NCBI GenBank assembly: GCA_963662465.1
Contig: OY759599.1
Location: 5,120,001 to 5,184,000, forward strand
DNA: 64,000 nucleotides
Direction of reading: 5' to 3'
Source: Desulfatiglandales bacterium
GTDB taxonomy: Bacteria; Desulfobacterota; DSM-4660; Desulfatiglandales; Desulfatiglandaceae
Both the position numbers and the translations under genes were made by a program. The notes under the pieces were generated by a model, which had not been told where the DNA came from, did no database searches, and saw only the letters and a list, made by a program, of their open reading frames with translations. Position 1 is the first letter of the stretch; each line of letters opens with the position of its first letter. Of this stretch, positions 29,355-39,560 are shown in pieces.

Positions 29355-30926
29355 ATGGGAAATGGTTTTTTGACGATTTGTATGGTTTTTTCCCTCCTGT
29401 TCGCTATCGGGGACGCGTTTTGTCAGCCGAAAAAGGATACACTTGTGGTTTGCCTGGGAAAAGCGAAACCAGGAAGTCTCGACCCGGCCGTCAGCAATAC
29501 CCGCCAGGTATTGACCCTCTATCATAACTGGGGCGATACCCTGTTTTACAGGGACCCGGTGGATGGCACAATCCTCCCCTGCCTGGCCCAATCCTACCGG
29601 TTCCTGGATAATGGCGATCTTGAGCTGTCGCTGCGAAAGGGGATTGTATTCCATAATGGGGAACCCTTTAATGCCGCGGCCGTTAAATTTTCCGTGAACC
29701 TTCTCAAAAAGTCGGATTCCCGGGTTTCACAATACCTGATCAATATTCAAGACGTCGTTATTCTGGATGATTACACGGTTCGCATTGAAGTGGTAAAGCC
29801 CATCCCCACATTTTTGCAGCTCCTCGCCAATGTGGTGTTCATCTATCCACCGGGGTACTACCGCCAGGTGGGAAAAAAAGGCTTCGGCCAACATCCCGTG
29901 GGGACAGGTCCTTACCAATGGGTTTCCAGAAAAGGTCCTTTGGAAATGGATTTTGAAGCCAATCCCCGTTATTTCGGCAAGCCCAAGGGGAAAGCAAAGA
30001 TTCCAAAATTAAAGCTCCTCACCATCAAGGAAACAATTCCACAGATGGAAGCCCTGATTTCCGGAAAAGTGGACCTTATTCGTTCCGGGTGTGTTAACCC
30101 GGAACAGTCGTTTTTCCTCGAACAGACCGACCAAGTGAAGCTCCTCAGTACAAATATATTGAGAGTCTATTTTCTGGTAATGGATGCACAGGGCCGCAGC
30201 GGCGCAACCCCCTTTAAAAATAAAAAAGTGCGCCAGGCGGTGAATCATGCCATTGATCGGCAAAGCATTCTAAAAAATGCCTTTGGCGGGTATGGCCTTA
30301 TTTCCGACAGTGTCCTAAGTCCGCTGCATTTCGGTTACGAAAAGGATGTGACCCATTATCCCTATGACCCCGCCAGGGCCGGAGAACTTCTGGCCGAAGC
30401 CGGATACCCAAACGGTTTTGAAGTAGAATATTATCCCATCAATAATGAGAGTGCCGCCGAGAATATCCTCGAAAATCTCAAGGCCGTGGGGATCCGGGCA
30501 AAGCCCCAATGGATGTTGGGGAAATGGGATCATCTCTATAGAAGGTTCCTGAACGGAAAACTCCCCTTGGTTTTCCTGACCTGGGGCAGTTATTCCATTT
30601 TTGACGCCGGCGCCCTGTTGAACAACTTTTTCATGGCCGATTCCTACGCCTGCTACGGCACAACCCCTGAGATTGACCGGCTGTTGAAACAGGCAAATGG
30701 TTCTCAGGACCTGAAAAAACGAAAAAGGCTGTTTTCCAGGGCGCAAAAATGTATTTCGGAAGAGGCATTCTGGGCGCCCATCTGTTCCGTTGAGGTGTTG
30801 TGCGCGATGCACAAAGACCTTCACTTTCAACCGGCCATGGACGAAATTGATCGATACTTTACGGCGTTCTGGCCATCCAATAAAACCGATAGCGTTCCCA
30901 TGACAGGCCATGATCAGAAGCGTTAG
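29355..30926 (+). CDS. family 5 ABC substrate-binding protein, no adjacent permease
   Basis: SLDP, PCLA, FHNGEPF, PVGTGPY, VRQAVNHAIDR. Confidence 0.88.
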   Translation: MGNGFLTICMVFSLLFAIGDAFCQPKKDTLVVCLGKAKPGSLDPAVSNTRQVLTLYHNWGDTLFYRDPVDGTILPCLAQSYRFLDNGDLELSLRKGIVFHNGEPFNAAAVKFSVNLLKKSDSRVSQYLINIQDVVILDDYTVRIEVVKPIPTFLQLLANVVFIYPPGYYRQVGKKGFGQHPVGTGPYQWVSRKGPLEMDFEANPRYFGKPKGKAKIPKLKLLTIKETIPQMEALISGKVDLIRSGCVNPEQSFFLEQTDQVKLLSTNILRVYFLVMDAQGRSGATPFKNKKVRQAVNHAIDRQSILKNAFGGYGLISDSVLSPLHFGYEKDVTHYPYDPARAGELLAEAGYPNGFEVEYYPINNESAAENILENLKAVGIRAKPQWMLGKWDHLYRRFLNGKLPLVFLTWGSYSIFDAGALLNNFFMADSYACYGTTPEIDRLLKQANGSQDLKKRKRLFSRAQKCISEEAFWAPICSVEVLCAMHKDLHFQPAMDEIDRYFTAFWPSNKTDSVPMTGHDQKR

Positions 30927-31500
30927 AAACATCTTTTTTTGCTTGTTGGTGATCTTTTCCTGGGTCCAGATCGACCGTGGGGTTCCGCTTGCCGACGCGG
31001 GGGCAAACCATAAGGAGGTTATGGCCCTCTACCTGTATAATTTCCTCCTTTTCGTAGACTGGCCCGAAGGCGACTGCGGACAACGCAATACCCTCAATGT
31101 AAGCATCTATGGCGATCCTCTGCTTTTTAAGGCCTTCGCTCCCATGTCGGGGAAGCTGATCAAGGGGAAAAAACTGCATCTGAGTTCATCGGAAACCCTT
31201 GAGGATCTGGAGATCGCTTGTCAGGTTCTTTTTGTCGGCAAGGGGAAACAGTCGGATATACCGGCTATTTTGAAAAGAATCCATAACCGGTGTATCCTGA
31301 CATTGAGTGATGTAAAAGGCTTCACACGGAAGGGGGGGATGGTTTATCTTAAGAATCCGGCCGATACATCGCACGCCGATGTCGGGAGGAAGAAATTCGA
31401 AATAAACCTGTCCGCCGTTAAACGTTCCTGCCTGAAAATCCGATCAAGACTGCTCAGGATATCCGATATCGTATCTGACGGCAACGCTGCCAAACCTTGA
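30910..31500 (+). CDS. YfiR family (DUF4154) periplasmic protein
   Basis: YLYNFLLFVDWP, CQVLFV, LTLSD..GF..GGM, FEINL, SRLLR. Confidence 0.88.
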   Translation: MIRSVRNIFFCLLVIFSWVQIDRGVPLADAGANHKEVMALYLYNFLLFVDWPEGDCGQRNTLNVSIYGDPLLFKAFAPMSGKLIKGKKLHLSSSETLEDLEIACQVLFVGKGKQSDIPAILKRIHNRCILTLSDVKGFTRKGGMVYLKNPADTSHADVGRKKFEINLSAVKRSCLKIRSRLLRISDIVSDGNAAKP

Positions 31501-31518
31501 GGGACTTAACAAAACGCC

Positions 31519-33180
31519 ATGGTTTATTTTAAGAATCTTCCCATCAGGCAAAAAATTCTTTCCGTTCTTATGGTGGTCAACATAACCTCCTTGCTCATGG
31601 TTTTTGGCGGTTTTTTGATTTATGACCGATGGGAAATTCGGCAAAGCAGTATCGCCCAAAGCGCTACGATTGCCGATATTTTGGCCTACAACTGCACGGC
31701 AGCCCTGTTGTTTGACGATGCAAAGGATGCTCGGGAAACCCTCGCCGTTCTCAAAACAAAGCCGTCCGTTGTTTCAGCCCGGGTTTTCACTAAAAAGGGA
31801 ACCCTTCTGGCCGGCTATGTTCGCGCGGATCAAAAAACCCGCGGAACGTCACATGAAATTCCAAAAAACGGCCACTATTTTGAAAACGGAATGCTTCATT
31901 TTCATAAGGTTGTGGAGATGGCCCATGAACGGATTGGAGCCCTGTGCATACAGTCGGACCTGCATGAAATGACTGAAATTACAAAAGATCATGCCTATAT
32001 TGCCAGCCTGGGCCTCTTGATGGCGATCCTTTTTTCTTTTCTGCTTTCCGTCAAAATGCAAAAGACCGTTGTACGCCCTATCCTCGATCTGAAAGTATTA
32101 TCGAATTCGGTTTCAAAAGATGGTGACTATTCCGTCAGGGGGAAAAAACACGGCAATGATGAAATCGGAAGCTTGGTGGATGCCTTTAACGAAATGCTTC
32201 ATCAAATCGAGCAGCAAAACAGCGCCCTTAAGCAAGCGCGAAAAACCGCGGAAAACGCCGCCCTGGAAGCCCTTCAACTGGCAGAGGGATTGAAACAGGC
32301 CAATGTGACGTTGGAAAATGAAATCAGGGTTCGCAAAGACGTGGAGAAAACCCTGCAGAAACACCGTGATAATCTGGAAATCCGGGTTTTGGAACGAACC
32401 GTTGCATTGCGTGAAACCAATCAAAAGCTCACAAACGAAATCTCCGAAAGGATGACGGCGGAGAAAAAAATACAGGATTCCCTGGATGAAAAAGTACTGC
32501 TTTTAGGTGAAATCCATCATCGCGTCAAAAACAATTTGCAGGTAATTTCCAGTCTGCTGGATTTGACCCGGCGAAGAACCATGAATCCTGAGGCGCAAAT
32601 GGTCCTGGCCGATGCCCGATCAAAGATTTACACCATGGCCCTGGTTCACTCTCAACTCTATCGAAGCGAGTCTTTCAGCCGAATTGATATGGGGGTCCAT
32701 ATTCGAAAACTGCTGGGGTCGATTAATCAAATCTATGCCGCCAGCCACCGAAAAATACGTCCCATAATCGAGTGTTCCCATGTTTTTCTTTCCGTCACCC
32801 AAGCCATTCCCTGTGCCCTGGTTTTAAATGAGGTGATTTCAAACGTGTACAAGCACGCTTACCCCGAAGATGCAAAAGGTGAATGTTTTATTTCCATGAC
32901 CGAAGTTGAAGAAAAACGGATCCATTTTTGTGTGCGGGATGAAGGGGTTGGCATTCCCGAAGGTGTTGATATTGAAAACACCGAGACCCTTGGTTTGAAA
33001 TTGATTCGAAACCTGATCCGGAAACAGCTGAAAGGCGACGTTCGTTTTGAGTGCGGCAAGGGAACGTCGATTATTGCGGAATTTGATATTGACCATGATG
33101 ATGTGCTGATTCACGGAGGACCGGAACTGACGCCGAATGGAAAATTTCCCTCTTCCGAGGACACGTCCCAAGACACATAA
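31519..33180 (+). CDS. sensor histidine kinase (CHASE8-like, HAMP, HisKA_2, HATPase)
   Basis: AALLFDD..A.ETL periplasmic motif, DEIGSL, EIHHRVKNNLQ, DEGVG, LGLKL. Confidence 0.9.
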   Translation: MVYFKNLPIRQKILSVLMVVNITSLLMVFGGFLIYDRWEIRQSSIAQSATIADILAYNCTAALLFDDAKDARETLAVLKTKPSVVSARVFTKKGTLLAGYVRADQKTRGTSHEIPKNGHYFENGMLHFHKVVEMAHERIGALCIQSDLHEMTEITKDHAYIASLGLLMAILFSFLLSVKMQKTVVRPILDLKVLSNSVSKDGDYSVRGKKHGNDEIGSLVDAFNEMLHQIEQQNSALKQARKTAENAALEALQLAEGLKQANVTLENEIRVRKDVEKTLQKHRDNLEIRVLERTVALRETNQKLTNEISERMTAEKKIQDSLDEKVLLLGEIHHRVKNNLQVISSLLDLTRRRTMNPEAQMVLADARSKIYTMALVHSQLYRSESFSRIDMGVHIRKLLGSINQIYAASHRKIRPIIECSHVFLSVTQAIPCALVLNEVISNVYKHAYPEDAKGECFISMTEVEEKRIHFCVRDEGVGIPEGVDIENTETLGLKLIRNLIRKQLKGDVRFECGKGTSIIAEFDIDHDDVLIHGGPELTPNGKFPSSEDTSQDT

Positions 33181-33633
33181 GTTTAGGAGAAAAAAGGGAA
33201 TTTACGTTTCTGCTGACCCAAAAAATCATTGAAACCTACCAGCAAAAGCGAATTCCCGACCATCGGCAACTGGCCGTTGAAATATTTAAAACACCCGACC
33301 TCGTTCGCTATTTCGAATAAACAAAGAGGACTTTATCACACCCCATGCGCGTCGTGTTTTTAACGCCCACGTCTATCACGAGGAGATTCCCGATCGGGGG
33401 CATATCCGGTAACCGCTTTTGATGAAATCCATGCGGCCCAAGGGTGTATCAGCCCCCTTCGGGGCAATGAATTGATGCGCCTTTTACTCAACTATGCGGA
33501 TCAATCCGTATTATTGGGGCACCGATTGGGGCAAAAAGAAAGGGCCTACTTTCCACGCCGATACAAACCCTTTTCTCTGAATAGCCAATCCGGACAATAA
33601 CGCTTCAGTAGGATATGTTTGGAATGCGGAGAA

Positions 33634-34362
33634 TCAGAAAATACCAAGGGACTTCAGAAAGGCGCCCGTGGCCCCGAGAATGGATATGCCGATGGCAATG
33701 GTGAACATGCGAAGGGTAAAGCCGCGCTGCCTTTCATCCCGGTAATCGAGTTTGTCCCCCAGACGTTCAATGGAGGCTATGACCTGCTCAAAGCGCTTAT
33801 CTACTTGCTCGAAGCGCTTGTCTACTTGATCGGAACGCTTGTCCAAGTCCCCCTTGATGCCATCAAAGCGCTTGTCCATGTCCTCCGTTATGTTATCAAA
33901 GCGCTTATCAACCCCTTCTTGCATGGCATCAAAGCGCTTGTCCATGTCCTCCGTTATGTTATCAAAGCGCTTATCAACCCCTTCTTGCATGCCATCAAAG
34001 CGCTTGTCCATGTCCTCCGTTATGTTATCAAAGCGCTTATCAACCCCTTCTTGCATGGCATCAAAGCGCTTGTCCATATCCCCCTTGATGCCATCAAAGC
34101 GCTTGTCTACTTGCTCGAAGCGCTTGTCCATGTCCTCCGTTATACCATCAAAGCGCTTATCAACCCCTTCTTGCATGCCATCAAAGCGCTTATCCACATC
34201 CCCCCGGAAATCTTTGAGATCATCGCTAAAACGATTCATCTGATCTTGCATATGATCGAAGCGAACCTCAAAGTATTTGGACGTGGGAATGATTTGCGCC
34301 ACCAGCACATCCACGGTCTTCTTGTCCAGGGTCAGGTTGTTTTCTTCCTTCTGATCGGTCAT
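33634..34362 (-). CDS. membrane-anchored coiled-coil repeat protein (DKRF repeats)
   Basis: 14 DKR(F/S) units of 11 or 7 aa, C-terminal TM helix. Confidence 0.8.
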   Translation of the reverse strand: MTDQKEENNLTLDKKTVDVLVAQIIPTSKYFEVRFDHMQDQMNRFSDDLKDFRGDVDKRFDGMQEGVDKRFDGITEDMDKRFEQVDKRFDGIKGDMDKRFDAMQEGVDKRFDNITEDMDKRFDGMQEGVDKRFDNITEDMDKRFDAMQEGVDKRFDNITEDMDKRFDGIKGDLDKRSDQVDKRFEQVDKRFEQVIASIERLGDKLDYRDERQRGFTLRMFTIAIGISILGATGAFLKSLGIF

Positions 34363-34508
34363 GGAAAACTCCGATTAAAAAAAGTCCATCGTTATGAACA
34401 GCTTCGCTATAATGTCATTCTCGTGGAAAAAATGATATTTGAAACAATACCCTATGTCAAGAGAAACGGGTGTTTATCTTTTTATTCCGAGGTGTGCTGA
34501 AATTGGTT

Positions 34509-34733
34509 TTAAGGGATTATAGCCAGGTTTTGCAATGTTACGGAACCGGTTATAACTTGCGGTGATTTAATGTTTGACACATTTTCTATGACGATTGTAA
34601 TAGTAAAGGATGTATCCTCATTAGCTAAATTGATAGAAGGCGGCGTCAGTTTCAGCTCCAAGGCATTTGCAGAGCTCATTTGAATAAACAGAAATAAAGT
34701 TGCAGCGCCTATGAGATAAATATGCCTTATCAT
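34509..34733 (-). CDS. short secreted protein, probably internally deleted
   Basis: Signal peptide, then LELKLTPPSINL..SFTITIVIENV, ending after 74 aa. Confidence 0.5.
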   Translation of the reverse strand: MIRHIYLIGAATLFLFIQMSSANALELKLTPPSINLANEDTSFTITIVIENVSNIKSPQVITGSVTLQNLAIIP

Positions 34734-34816
34734 CTAATTCTCCCCCGTCATAAGCAAAACCCCCTTGGCCCCATCATTTTTTCTGGATCGAATTAGATTG
34801 TAAGTTCGATAGAATA

Positions 34817-34856
34817 CAGGCGAGGCAGAATCATTGCTGATTCTGCCTCAACCTGC
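34817..34856. other. intercistronic hairpin after IPTL-CTERM gene
   Basis: GAGGCAGAATCA-TTGC-TGATTCTGCCTC perfect stem. Confidence 0.6.
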
Positions 34857-34887
34857 GATATAGGCCAATTTAGAAACTAAAGTTTCT

Positions 34888-35481
34888 TTAGGCATGAAGT
34901 CTGAAGGAATTTTTCTTTTTCATCAGATAGACACCCGAACTTCCCATTAATAACGCAAAAATGATCATTCCCCATTCACTGAGGGTAGGGATGGGAGTAT
35001 TCCCTCCTACGCCGGAAAGGGCCACAGAATCCGGGCTTGAAACCGCATCTGTAGTGACAGTAATCCGGCCTGTGCGAATACCGGCAGCTGTCGGAGTGAA
35101 AGTGGCGTTGATCGTGCAATTAGCGCTGGCTGCAAGTGTTGCGCCACAGGTGTTCGTTACTGCAAAATCGCCCGACCCGGTAATGCCGGTGATGTTCAAC
35201 GTGGCGTTTCCGCTGTTTGTCAGGGTTACCGTTTGGGAGGCGCTCGTAGTGCCGACAACCTGATTTCCAAAGGCAAGTGATGTGGGGTTCAGTGTGACGG
35301 CGGGCGCACCAACAGCAGCACCAATGCGGGTTGAATCTCCTACGGTATTGAATGTGGCTCCCGTTGCAGTCAAATCAACGCTTGCTGGGTCGAGTTTTAC
35401 CGTAAGTGATTGGGCCAAACCGATTTCGGCAAACAAGCAAAAAGCAACCAGGGCTAAAAGTGTCACAATTTTTCCTCGCAT
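34888..35481 (-). CDS. IPTL-CTERM sorted surface protein with ASH/choice-of-anchor D Ig-like domain
   Basis: Signal peptide; PTSLAFGNQ..VTLTNSGNATL..C..C..FTP; IPTLSEWG plus TM plus KKK. Confidence 0.88.
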   Translation of the reverse strand: MRGKIVTLLALVAFCLFAEIGLAQSLTVKLDPASVDLTATGATFNTVGDSTRIGAAVGAPAVTLNPTSLAFGNQVVGTTSASQTVTLTNSGNATLNITGITGSGDFAVTNTCGATLAASANCTINATFTPTAAGIRTGRITVTTDAVSSPDSVALSGVGGNTPIPTLSEWGMIIFALLMGSSGVYLMKKKNSFRLHA

Positions 35482-35989
35482 TTTTTCCTCCTTACTTTTT
35501 TGTTGGCAGATTACTAGAGCTTAATTTAGATAAAGCAGAATCATCATTCACTTATATACCTCAAATCGTACCTGAACAGACTTCCGTTCAGGTACGATAG
35601 AAACTAGACGAAAAATTCCGAAGCAATCAAATTCCTGAGCTATGGGTTAATTTTCATCCGCGGGGATGACAAACCCCCTTGTCATGAGAGTTTACCATGA
35701 ATACCTTTTCGCAAATGCATCAACTGAAACTCTTGATTCAAGCTGTTCCCATGGACCGGATATTTTATCCTCCTTGTAAGATATGGAAATCAGCATTTTA
35801 TGTCAAGATAAAGGTTTTCACATCGGCTTTTCCTGTTCTGAAAGTTTTCCATATCGGAAATTCCAGATTGAAAAAGAAGAATGCGGGGGTTAGTTTAAAG
35901 GATCGCCGCAGCCACTGTATGAGGCGTTCTTTCAGGAGTATGATTTCCGATCTGTATTGTTTGTGGGGAAAAACCCAAGGGAGAAAGCA

Positions 35990-37039
35990 ATGACCCAATC
36001 CAAAAAGATTCGCCTTACGGAAACCGTAAAAGGTTCGGGCTGAGCATCCAAATTGCCGCCAGGGGACCTGGAGCGAGCGCTTTGCGGAATGGAATTTCCA
36101 ACGGATGAAAATGTGATGGTTGGCTTGGATAGGGCCGACGATGCCGGTGTCTACCGGGTGAATGACGATCTCGCCCTGATCCAGACCGTGGATTTTTTTA
36201 CCCCTATTGTGGACAACCCCTACTGGTTCGGGCAGATTGCGGCCGCCAATGCCCTGAGCGATGTCTATGCCATGGGCGGCATTCCCAAGACCGCCATGAA
36301 CCTGGTGGGGTTCCCCCTGGGGAAGATGGATATCTCGATCCTCCGGGACATTCTCCAAGGGGGGGTGGACAAAATCAGAGAGGCAGGGGTCGTTCTGGTG
36401 GGCGGGCACAGCGTGGAAGACCCGGAACTGAAATACGGTCTGAGCGTCACCGGTTTCATCCACCCGGATCGTGTTCTCATCAAGAGCAATCTCAAAGCAG
36501 GCGACAAGCTCATTTTAACCAAACCCCTGGGAACCGGAATCGTTAATACAGCGATCAAAGGGGGACTTGCGTCCCCGGAGGTCATTGAGTGGGTTACCCG
36601 CCTCATGGCCGAGTTAAATCGGAAACCGGCCGAGATCATGGACCGTTTTCCGGTCCATGCGTGTACCGATATTACCGGGTTTGGCCTTGTGGGTCACCTG
36701 GCGGAAATGGTGATCGGTTCCGGGTGCGGCATTTGCCTTCAGGGGGACCTGATTCCCGTGATACCGGAGGCCTTGGAATATGGTCGAATGGGGCTTGTTC
36801 CGGCGGGGGCTTATCGAAACCAAGAGTTCCGAGCTTACATGACGGAATTTGCCCTTTCAGTGGATCAGGTGATGCAGAACATTCTTTTTGACCCTCAGAC
36901 ATCCGGTGGTCTTTTGATCTGCGTTCCTGAAGACGTTTCAGAATCACTGGTCCTGAATTTGAAGAACGAGGGCGTTGAGGAGGCGGTGATCATTGGGGAA
37001 GTCATGTCGACATCCGAAGAAAAGATTTTTGTGAAATAG
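35990..37039 (+). CDS. selD: selenide,water dikinase, selenocysteine-containing (UGA at codon 18)
   Basis: ATG 35990 after GGAGA; MTQSKKIRLTETVKGSG-U-ASKL; DDAGV, QTVDFF, DPQTSGGL. Confidence 0.93.
36044..36080 (+). promoter_or_regulatory. candidate bacterial SECIS hairpin
   Basis: CCAGG-GGA-CCTGG stem about 15 nt downstream of the in-frame TGA. Confidence 0.5.
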
Positions 37040-37222
37040 ATAGTGCCTGAACAAAAAAGCCGTTCAGGCACGGTTTTAAGTTTTAAGTTTTAAGTGAAAA
37101 AACGAAACCATATCATCTAGTTGTAAATCTCAACGAAAATTGGAAAACAATGTTTAGAGGTTTCCGTTCAGGCGGAAAATGATATTACGATCCTGGAAAT
37201 CAAATCCAATGAGGAAAATTAA

Positions 37223-37831
37223 ATGAGCAAAAATACAATCGATTGTCGTGGTTTGGCTTGCCCCGGGCCGGTACTGAAAACAAAGGAGTTGATCGAGCAG
37301 ATGCATCCGGAAAACATTGTGGTTACAGTGGACAATGAAGCGGCGCGACAGAACGTCACACGTTTTTTGGAGTATCAGGGTTTTGCTGTGTCTGCCGATG
37401 AAGAAGGAACCGACTTCCACGTGATGGGCCATGCCGAAGAAGGGGCCGCACCCGAAGCAGCGCCCTCGAAAACAAGGGAACCGGGAGAAGAAAAGAAAAA
37501 AATCATGGTCATGGTGGCAACCGATCGAATGGGATACGGGGATGATGAACTGGGTTTGAAACTTATGGTCAGTTTTTTAAAGACCCTGAAGGAAATGGGA
37601 GACGAGCTGTGGCGATTGGTTTTTGTCAACAACGGCGTCAGAATGACCCTTTCGGATTCGGAAGTGTTGCCGGTGTTGGAGGAACTGGATAAAAACGGCG
37701 TCTACATCCTGGTCTGCGGCACCTGTCTTACCCATTTCAATTTGCTTGAAAAAAAGATGGTGGGAGAGACCACAAATATGTTAGATATTGTGACGGCCAT
37801 GCAATTGGCCGACAAGGTGGTCAATATTTGA
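37223..37831 (+). CDS. yedF: YedF selenium metabolism sulfurtransferase-like protein (TusA plus DsrE-like domains)
   Basis: DCRGLACPGP; G.GDDELG, CGTCL, TNMLDI; follows selD. Confidence 0.88.
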   Translation: MSKNTIDCRGLACPGPVLKTKELIEQMHPENIVVTVDNEAARQNVTRFLEYQGFAVSADEEGTDFHVMGHAEEGAAPEAAPSKTREPGEEKKKIMVMVATDRMGYGDDELGLKLMVSFLKTLKEMGDELWRLVFVNNGVRMTLSDSEVLPVLEELDKNGVYILVCGTCLTHFNLLEKKMVGETTNMLDIVTAMQLADKVVNI

Positions 37832-37883
37832 TACTTTCACTTAAGTCGCTGTTTTTATTGTTTCAGCGAAAGCGGAGGAATTC

Positions 37884-38285
37884 ATGGAACGGAGCTTTGG
37901 TTCGGATAATGCGCAAAAAGGAAAAAGCAAGGCTGATAAAGTAGATGAGTTTTTGGCTCGTTCCCGCCGGAATCAAACTCAAAATGAAAAAAATTACCGG
38001 GAACAGTCTCTCAAGATTCATCCCTGGGTGTGCGCCCGCTGTGCCAGAGAGTTCACGAACCGCAATGTGCATGAACTGACGGTTCATCATAAAGACCATA
38101 ACCACGAAAACAACCCTTCTGACGGGAGCAACTGGGAGAACCTCTGCATCTACTGTCATGACAACGAACATCGTCGACATCTGGATTACCTGGCAGGCGC
38201 CGATGCTCAGGTCGGCGACGAAAAGAATGATGCTTTTACCCATAATCCGTTCGAAAAATTGAAAAAACTGTTACCCAAAACTTAA
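37884..38285 (+). CDS. yajD: YajD family HNH nuclease
   Basis: YREQSLK..PWVCARC, VHHKDHNH, NWENLCIYCHDNEH. Confidence 0.88.
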   Translation: MERSFGSDNAQKGKSKADKVDEFLARSRRNQTQNEKNYREQSLKIHPWVCARCAREFTNRNVHELTVHHKDHNHENNPSDGSNWENLCIYCHDNEHRRHLDYLAGADAQVGDEKNDAFTHNPFEKLKKLLPKT

Positions 38286-38481
38286 AATTCCCTTTCCGAA
38301 TTTATAATGAGAATTGCCGCTTTCCGACTTTCGCCATTGATTATCTTCCGTATCTTTTGTATATTTCCAACTTAAAACCATCTCATAGGAAGACCTGTAT
38401 GTTAAAGGTCGAGAAAAATACCGAAAAGATGCCGCCTGAGGCGAGGCTGAACCATAATGATTCGACATAGGGGAAACTAGC

Positions 38482-39534
38482 ATGGGTGAAAAAAAAGGGA
38501 GTCTTGTCTGGTTGTGGGTCCTTCTTGGGATAGGCGCCTTGGCAACCGTGGGTTATGGTTGGTATAAATATTCGCAACCTGAAACCGGAGAAGAGCTGGT
38601 CGCCGTGGAAGTGTCGACATTCGAAGAGAGTCCGGGTAAGGATTTATCCGGAAAACAGCGTCATGCCGATGACCCCGGCGAAAAAACTTCAAAAGTCGGG
38701 GATATGCCGGCGGATCAGGCGCTGGTTCGAAGCGTCATTGAGAAAACCTCTGATGCCGACTTCGCTAAGAAAAAAAATGCGATGAAACCGCCGGCGACCG
38801 GGGAACTGGTGGGATACCAATTTGAATCCCATGAAAAGAAGCCTTTCTCTAAAAACGCACAGGGTCGGGAAGACCTTGAAAAGGCCGTAGATGCCCGGGA
38901 AGCGCCTTATTGCGCCCTGGTCAACCAGCATGTGCGGGATTTTTTTGAATATCTGGATACAAAAAAATATATTCAACAGTTGAACCCGAGAGAAACCGCC
39001 TATGCCCGCTTCAAACAAATCATAGAACGGCTCTGTGTTCGACCGCCCATTCCCGCCGGTGAAGGGGTTGACCCTGCTATCATGATTAAAAACATCTATT
39101 TTTTCTGTCGCGCCCTGGATAAAAAAGATTTGCGGTGGGTCAACCGGGTGGTTGCGGATGACCGGGATACGCTTGAAGACAACATGGGCATGTTTTACCA
39201 GTGGCTCATGCTGGGCAAGCGATGCCAAAACCCCGGAGATGTGAAACCTTCTTTTGATACGCTCTATCGATACGCGGGTTTTTTCTTGAATACCACCGGT
39301 GGCAGGGCGTACATGTTCAGGCGTGAACTAAAACTGCGGCTACTGGTTACCTATTATTCGGTTCAAATCATATACCAAGCCGATAAAGCGGGTAAAAACA
39401 GCTATGGGATTAATATGCTGCCATACATGGAACCCCTCATGGAAGAAATGTCCAACTACCCGGATCTGCTGTATAAAGAAAGATATTTAGAAACCCTGAA
39501 AAAGATTCGAATGTTTTACCCAAACAGGCGATGA
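38482..39534 (+). CDS. hypothetical N-terminally anchored protein
   Basis: 350 aa ORF with one TM near the N-terminus. Confidence 0.75.
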   Translation: MGEKKGSLVWLWVLLGIGALATVGYGWYKYSQPETGEELVAVEVSTFEESPGKDLSGKQRHADDPGEKTSKVGDMPADQALVRSVIEKTSDADFAKKKNAMKPPATGELVGYQFESHEKKPFSKNAQGREDLEKAVDAREAPYCALVNQHVRDFFEYLDTKKYIQQLNPRETAYARFKQIIERLCVRPPIPAGEGVDPAIMIKNIYFFCRALDKKDLRWVNRVVADDRDTLEDNMGMFYQWLMLGKRCQNPGDVKPSFDTLYRYAGFFLNTTGGRAYMFRRELKLRLLVTYYSVQIIYQADKAGKNSYGINMLPYMEPLMEEMSNYPDLLYKERYLETLKKIRMFYPNRR

Positions 39535-39560
39535 GGAAGAGAAATAAAACAGGCAAGCCG

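Noticed and set aside
33780..34200. Repeat array as CRISPR
   Set aside because: Tandem 33/21-bp coding repeats without unique spacers; no cas genes
33619..34500. 293-aa plus-strand repeat ORF
   Set aside because: Antisense shadow of the DKRF repeat gene; the repeats simply lack stops on that strand
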